Shown piece by piece: positions 59,868 through 64,000 of a DNA stretch of 64,000 nucleotides. Both the position numbers and the translations under genes were made by a program. Source of the stretch: Octopus vulgaris (taxonomy: Eukaryota); contig OX597824.1 of assembly GCA_951406725.2 (NCBI GenBank), positions 17,484,001 to 17,548,000 of the forward strand, given 5' to 3'. The stretch's first letter is position 1, and the number at the start of each line of letters is the position of its first letter. Under the pieces are notes generated by a model, which saw nothing but the letters and a program-made list of their open reading frames with translations, was not told the origin of the DNA and did no database searches.

Positions 59868-60577
59868 AAATACAGGGTGAATACTTGATAAATGTAAGCA
59901 CCTGTATATGCCAGCTAGTGGTATAGGTGATAAGATATATGTATCAAAAGAAAAACAGGACGCAACGGATTTTGCGGTACATATGTTTCGGGCTTTATTG
60001 AACAACGTATATCTATGCATAATTGATATAACAGGTAGATCAACCTTCTTCAACCGCGTACAATTACCACACCAAAGACATGTATCACATTATCGCAGGT
60101 TTGAGAAAAGGTTTGGGAAAAAACCGAGTTTCGTTGCGAAAGTAAATCCTCATAGGCGTATATGGCATTGCGGGATATATATATATATATATATATATAT
60201 ACTTGTATGAATATATATAAATGTATATGAACATGTGTGTGTGTGTGTGCGAGTGTGTAACAAATTCCTTGTTGATGTTGAAATTACAATGAGGAAGACC
60301 AGCATTTAATTTCGAATCCGACTCTCTCTCTATTGGGAACAAATGTTGAAATAAAACTTAATAATGGCATACAGATATTCATTCATTGACACATAATTAG
60401 CACATATCTGTAAAAGTACATGGCTACATTAATAGCTGTGTAATTCTTTGGCACAGTTCTATAATACATGTGTGGCGTTCAGTTACTCAATAAATACTAA
60501 AAGACTGACATATTTAGTGTATGTCATATCTGTACGTTTTTAAGTACTTAATGCGTTTTTCATTTATCATATATATA

Positions 60578-60911
60578 TATAATTTACGAGATAAAGGCAG
60601 AAGAAAAATTCTAATGCCAAATATGCCGAAACAATTTTTTTTTTTTTTTTTTGTCGATAACCATTATAATTTATGCGTCTCGAGTAGGTATTTCAATTAT
60701 ATCTCGCGTATTTGCCGCTGAAGAGGGGCAAATTTCTTATGAGTTAACCCCGAAATTGGACCAATACGGTAATAACGAATTTTTTAGAGATTTCTATCGG
60801 TTTGTTTCGAGACGCATAAATTATAATGGTTATCGACAAAAAAAAAAACAAAAATTGTTTCGGCATATTTGGCATTACAATTTTTCTTCTGCCCATATCT
60901 TGTAAATTATG
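60578..60911. mobile_element. Foldback/MITE-like element with ~105-bp inverted arms
   Basis: 60580-60683 is the near reverse complement of 60807-60909; ~123-bp spacer; TA-rich flanks. Confidence 0.85.
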
Positions 60912-60997
60912 TATACATTTTACCTTTAAAGGCATTTTTTGATATGCTGGCCATTGATGATTTTTTTTTCCCGAAAAAAATTTTATCCTATATTAAT

Positions 60998-61085
<88 letters not shown>

Positions 61086-61094
61086 ATAAATTAA

Positions 61095-61340
61095 TGCGCT
61101 CTTTTAAAGCCCAGCCAGGCTCATGGGACCGGTTTCCCAGTTTCTATGGCATGTGCATTCCCAGCTGGACGGGACACCAGTCCATCGCAGCGTTGCTCAT
61201 TTTTGCCAGTGAGTGGACTGGAGCAACGTGAAATGAAGTGTTTTGCTCGAGAACACATCGCGTCGCCTGTTCCAGGAATCGAAACCACAATCTTACGATT
61301 ATAGTGATGACACCCTAAACACTAAGCCACGCGCCTCCAC
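61095..61340 (-). mobile_element. SINE-A-related copy (CORE-like plus V-like, tail type 1)
   Basis: GGAGGCGCGTGGCTTAGTG head; GCGATGGACTGGTGTCCCGTCCAG; ATGAGCCTGGCTGGGCTTTAAAAGAGCGC. Confidence 0.85.
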
Positions 61341-61384
61341 AAACACACACACACACACACACACACAAACGTATATATACATCT

Positions 61385-61462
<78 letters not shown>

Positions 61463-61479
61463 GTATATATATTTATATG

Positions 61480-61547
<68 letters not shown>

Positions 61548-62022
61548 GTAATAATAATGTAATATATATGCAGTAATATGAACTTCGAATTTTGGCACAA
61601 GGACAGTAAATTCGGTGAAGGCAGTAAGTCGATTACAACGACCCAATTACACCCCTGGTACTTGTTTTATCGACCCCAAAATGATGAAAGGCAAAGTCGA
61701 CTACGGCGTGGTAAGGATTCTGTCAGCTCACCACCTGCAATATTTAACTCTAATTAATCTTAACGAGATAATTAACACAAAAAATGCTCTCAACGGATAT
61801 CCATGAATAATTTTTTTTAAATTTGGTCCTTTGATAAAAGCACACACACTCACACACACACAAATACACACACGCACATATATACATGAATATATGTATA
61901 TATTTATATATATGTGTGTGTGTGTTTGAATGCTAATGTGTAAATCTAGGAATATGTATATGTATGTATGTGTTCACACGCGCACGCATATACGTATACA
62001 TTTATATATATATATATATATA

Positions 62023-63094
62023 TAATAAATATTAGGGAATAAATCCAAATTTACAGGGAATAAATCCAAATTTACAGGGAAAAAATCAGATTTAGGATTA
62101 AATCCAATTTTATAGTAAAATATGATATAATATTATTAGAGTCAAAACCACTATTTTGCAAAACAAACAAGGAAAGACTTAATCAATACATAAAATTTTA
62201 ATAAAAAGTAAAAAAAACGCCACTACAGTTGTTTCTTGTCTTGATCGACAATCTTCAGGTGGACTTCCAATCTAAAATATCAATATTTTAAAATATAAAA
62301 ATAATAATTTTAAAATAATTAAAGTATTAATGAAAAAATATAAATATATAATCTATTTATAACCTATATATAATCCATATATAATCAATATATAAACAAT
62401 ATATAAACTAAAATAAACCTATCAACAATTAAATATAAAATATAAAATATAAAATATAAAACAAAACAAAAAATAAACTATATATACACCCATACACATA
62501 TAACTAATTATATATAACCATATCTAAATACATACACTAAATCACACACCTATATATATATCCCTATACATACACATAAAAACGTCTAGGCAACGATAAA
62601 TAAATAAAATAGCTAAATACTTCAACACAATACTTATTCATACTCCCTCACACACACATACAACCCACATTCCCGCTCTAGAAACGGACATCACTTAAAA
62701 TTATGAACGGAGAAATGGAATAAATGGAATTAAAAATTATATTCACTTGGTAAAACGAACACTACTTAAAAATTATGAATGAAATAATGCAATAAAACAA
62801 CAGACATCGCAAATAGACACAAATTACTACGAATTCCTTAACAAAACTACCATGATAAACCAAAACTCATAAAAACATATAATGATAAAATCTCCCTTTA
62901 CTAAACTCTATAACATATCTATATAGCAATCCCCCTAACCTAAACATTCACACACAAATACACACACGTAAACCACACACCCACGACATATACAAATACC
63001 CACCCCACTTACACATACCTATACATACATATAAACCTCAACATATACTCCAAAAACCCACTTTTGTTTTGCAAAATAGTGGTTTTGTCTCTAA

Positions 63095-63105
<11 letters not shown>
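62023..63105 (-). mobile_element. Penelope-like element remnant with inverted terminal segment
   Basis: 43-bp inverted repeat 62125-62167 / 63063-63105 (1 mismatch), hammerhead at 62220-62262, (TA)n on both sides, 21-bp tandem repeat at 62032-62080. Confidence 0.8.
62220..62262 (-). ncRNA. Minimal type I hammerhead ribozyme
   Basis: CCAC-CTGAAGA-TTGTC(GATCAA)GACAA-GAAA-CAACT-GTA-GTGG: stem I 4 bp, intact CUGANGA/GAAA core, stem II 5 bp, GUA cleavage triplet. Confidence 0.85.
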
Positions 63106-63131
<26 letters not shown>

Positions 63132-63617
63132 ATATAAGTATATATGAATTATGTGTGTATGTAATTGTTGTATGTATCAATTAGTCTGTCTATCTTTCTG
63201 TCTCTCTGTCTTTTTCTCTATCTCTGTTTCCATCTGTCTGTCTGTCTCAATATATATACGCACGTACATATCAATGTGTGTATGAAAAGCATTATGTTTC
63301 GCAGATATGACGAAAGAGGGCATTCAAATATGGAATATATGCTACAGAATGTGCAGTCCCCACTGATTACAAGTGATTCTGTTTTAATCCCAAATGTCAC
63401 ATCATCTCTTTGAAGTAGTTTCGTCCATTTATCAACAGTTCCTCTGTCGCAAGAAAAACATCGGTTCTCGAGGCACCGACGGCGAAAGAAAAGAGGGAAA
63501 AAAAATGCGTATGAGTTAGAACTCACTTGGTGATGTAACATTTTCTGTACAGCCATTTATAGATACATACATATACACACACACACATACATTCATATAT
63601 ATATTTATATATGTATG

Positions 63618-63700
<83 letters not shown>

Positions 63701-63714
63701 GTGTATATATATAT

Positions 63715-63761
<47 letters not shown>

Positions 63762-63885
63762 CACGTTTGTATATGTGTATATATGTATATATATATATAT
63801 TTCTGTATCTCTCTTCTCTCTCCCCTCTTTCTCTCTGTTCCCCTCTTTGACTATATATGTATATGTGAGTGTATATAAGGATGTA

Positions 63886-63922
<37 letters not shown>

Positions 63923-64000
63923 TTATGCATGTATATATATATATATATATTCATACATATATGTCTGTGTGTGTGTGTGTGTTTGTTTGAATTTCTGTAT

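Noticed and set aside
63305-63508. Possible host exon (TTTCGCAG acceptor, GTATGA donor)
   Set aside because: Stops in all three frames and no recognisable protein; a non-coding or terminal exon cannot be excluded without RNA-seq.

Overview
AT-rich eukaryotic intergenic/intronic DNA with no host protein-coding gene that I can support. It is dominated by (TA)n, (TG)n, (TATG)n, (GATA)n and trinucleotide microsatellites, which generate almost all of the ORF track ([12 protein letters not shown] artefacts). The repeat content looks like an octopus (coleoid cephalopod) genome; this is my recollection of the SINE families, not a database result. Supportable content: three tRNA-headed SINE groups (called here SINE-A, -B, -C); three copies of a Tx1-clade LINE, one retaining ~2.9 kb of ORF2; fragments of CR1-group, RTE, R4/Dong-like and CRE-like LINEs; Penelope-like fragments with minimal hammerhead ribozymes; mariner relics; a hAT MITE; two non-autonomous Helitrons; a solo LTR; a foldback element. 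Best candidate for an undescribed system: a Tx1 lineage whose three divergent copies all sit in the same orientation in (GATA)n tracts, one with a ~210-220 bp target duplication. Its 3' terminal ~43 nt are shared with a SINE-B variant that repeatedly forms tandem arrays through a fixed junction inside its own tRNA-like head. All family names and alignments were made by eye; boundaries of old elements are approximate.
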